A stretch of DNA of 64,000 nucleotides from a virus (lineage: Duplodnaviria > Caudoviricetes): positions 810 through 64,809 of the IMG/VR virus record IMGVR_UViG_3300037248_000049; one strand, written 5' to 3'. The notes below the pieces were generated by a model. It saw nothing but the letters and a program-made list of their open reading frames with translations. It ran no database searches and was not told the DNA's origin. The position numbers and the translations under genes are program-made. Of the stretch, positions 63,868 through 64,000 are shown piece by piece. Numbering within the stretch: the first letter of the stretch is position 1; every line of letters starts with the position of its first letter.

Positions 63868-64000
63868 CTCGCCGCTCCCAGCTTTGTCAAGTCGAGAAAA
63901 TGCTGCGCCTCCGGGTTCTGCGCAAAGTCGCGCCCCGCCATCAGCCACGTCCCGCCGGGCAACAGCGCCATGTCGGTAAACCGCCGGATCACCCGCACGT

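Larger units (their letters stand above)
1..64000. mobile_element. Temperate podovirus-like phage genome, near complete, attP intact
   Basis: TerL, portal, capsid, adaptors, nozzle, ejection proteins, lysin, cI/cro, ERF and integrase are all present. No host housekeeping genes, no tape measure or sheath. Phage genes lie on both sides of the att core. Confidence 0.95.

Noticed and set aside
1-64000. CRISPR array, retron or alternative genetic code
   Set aside because: No regularly spaced repeat-spacer array and no RT or Cas motifs were seen. Core genes are intact in code 11 and TGA is used as a normal coupled stop.

Overview
The whole window is a GC-rich temperate tailed-phage genome, probably nearly complete and in the excised (attP-intact) form. 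A CtrA box and the general gene content point to an alphaproteobacterial host. Left to right it contains: a possible terminal/packaging region; a leftward replication and modification operon (initiator, loader-like protein, DnaA domain-IV protein, DNA methylase, VRR-NUC); a lambda-like cro/cI switch with four GTTR-N7-CAAC operators; a rightward early operon (PD-(D/E)xK nuclease, ERF recombinase, xis, tyrosine integrase); tRNA-Arg(TCT); an attP built on the 5' half of tRNA-Sec; tRNA-Arg(CCG); a lysis/membrane cluster; and a long leftward podovirus-type late region (TerL, portal, scaffold, capsid, three paralogous adaptors, nozzle, ejection proteins with tail lysozyme). The most unusual observations are: (1) the 17 kb fibre/tailspike position holds seven coupled genes that all carry Sec-type signal peptides and are Cys-rich, glycanase- or fibre-like; (2) PEP-CTERM proteins lead both early operons; (3) integration appears to target selC with the phage supplying the 5' half; (4) three highly structured ncRNA candidates lack credible ORFs. 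Family assignments come from motif recognition by eye, not from database searches.
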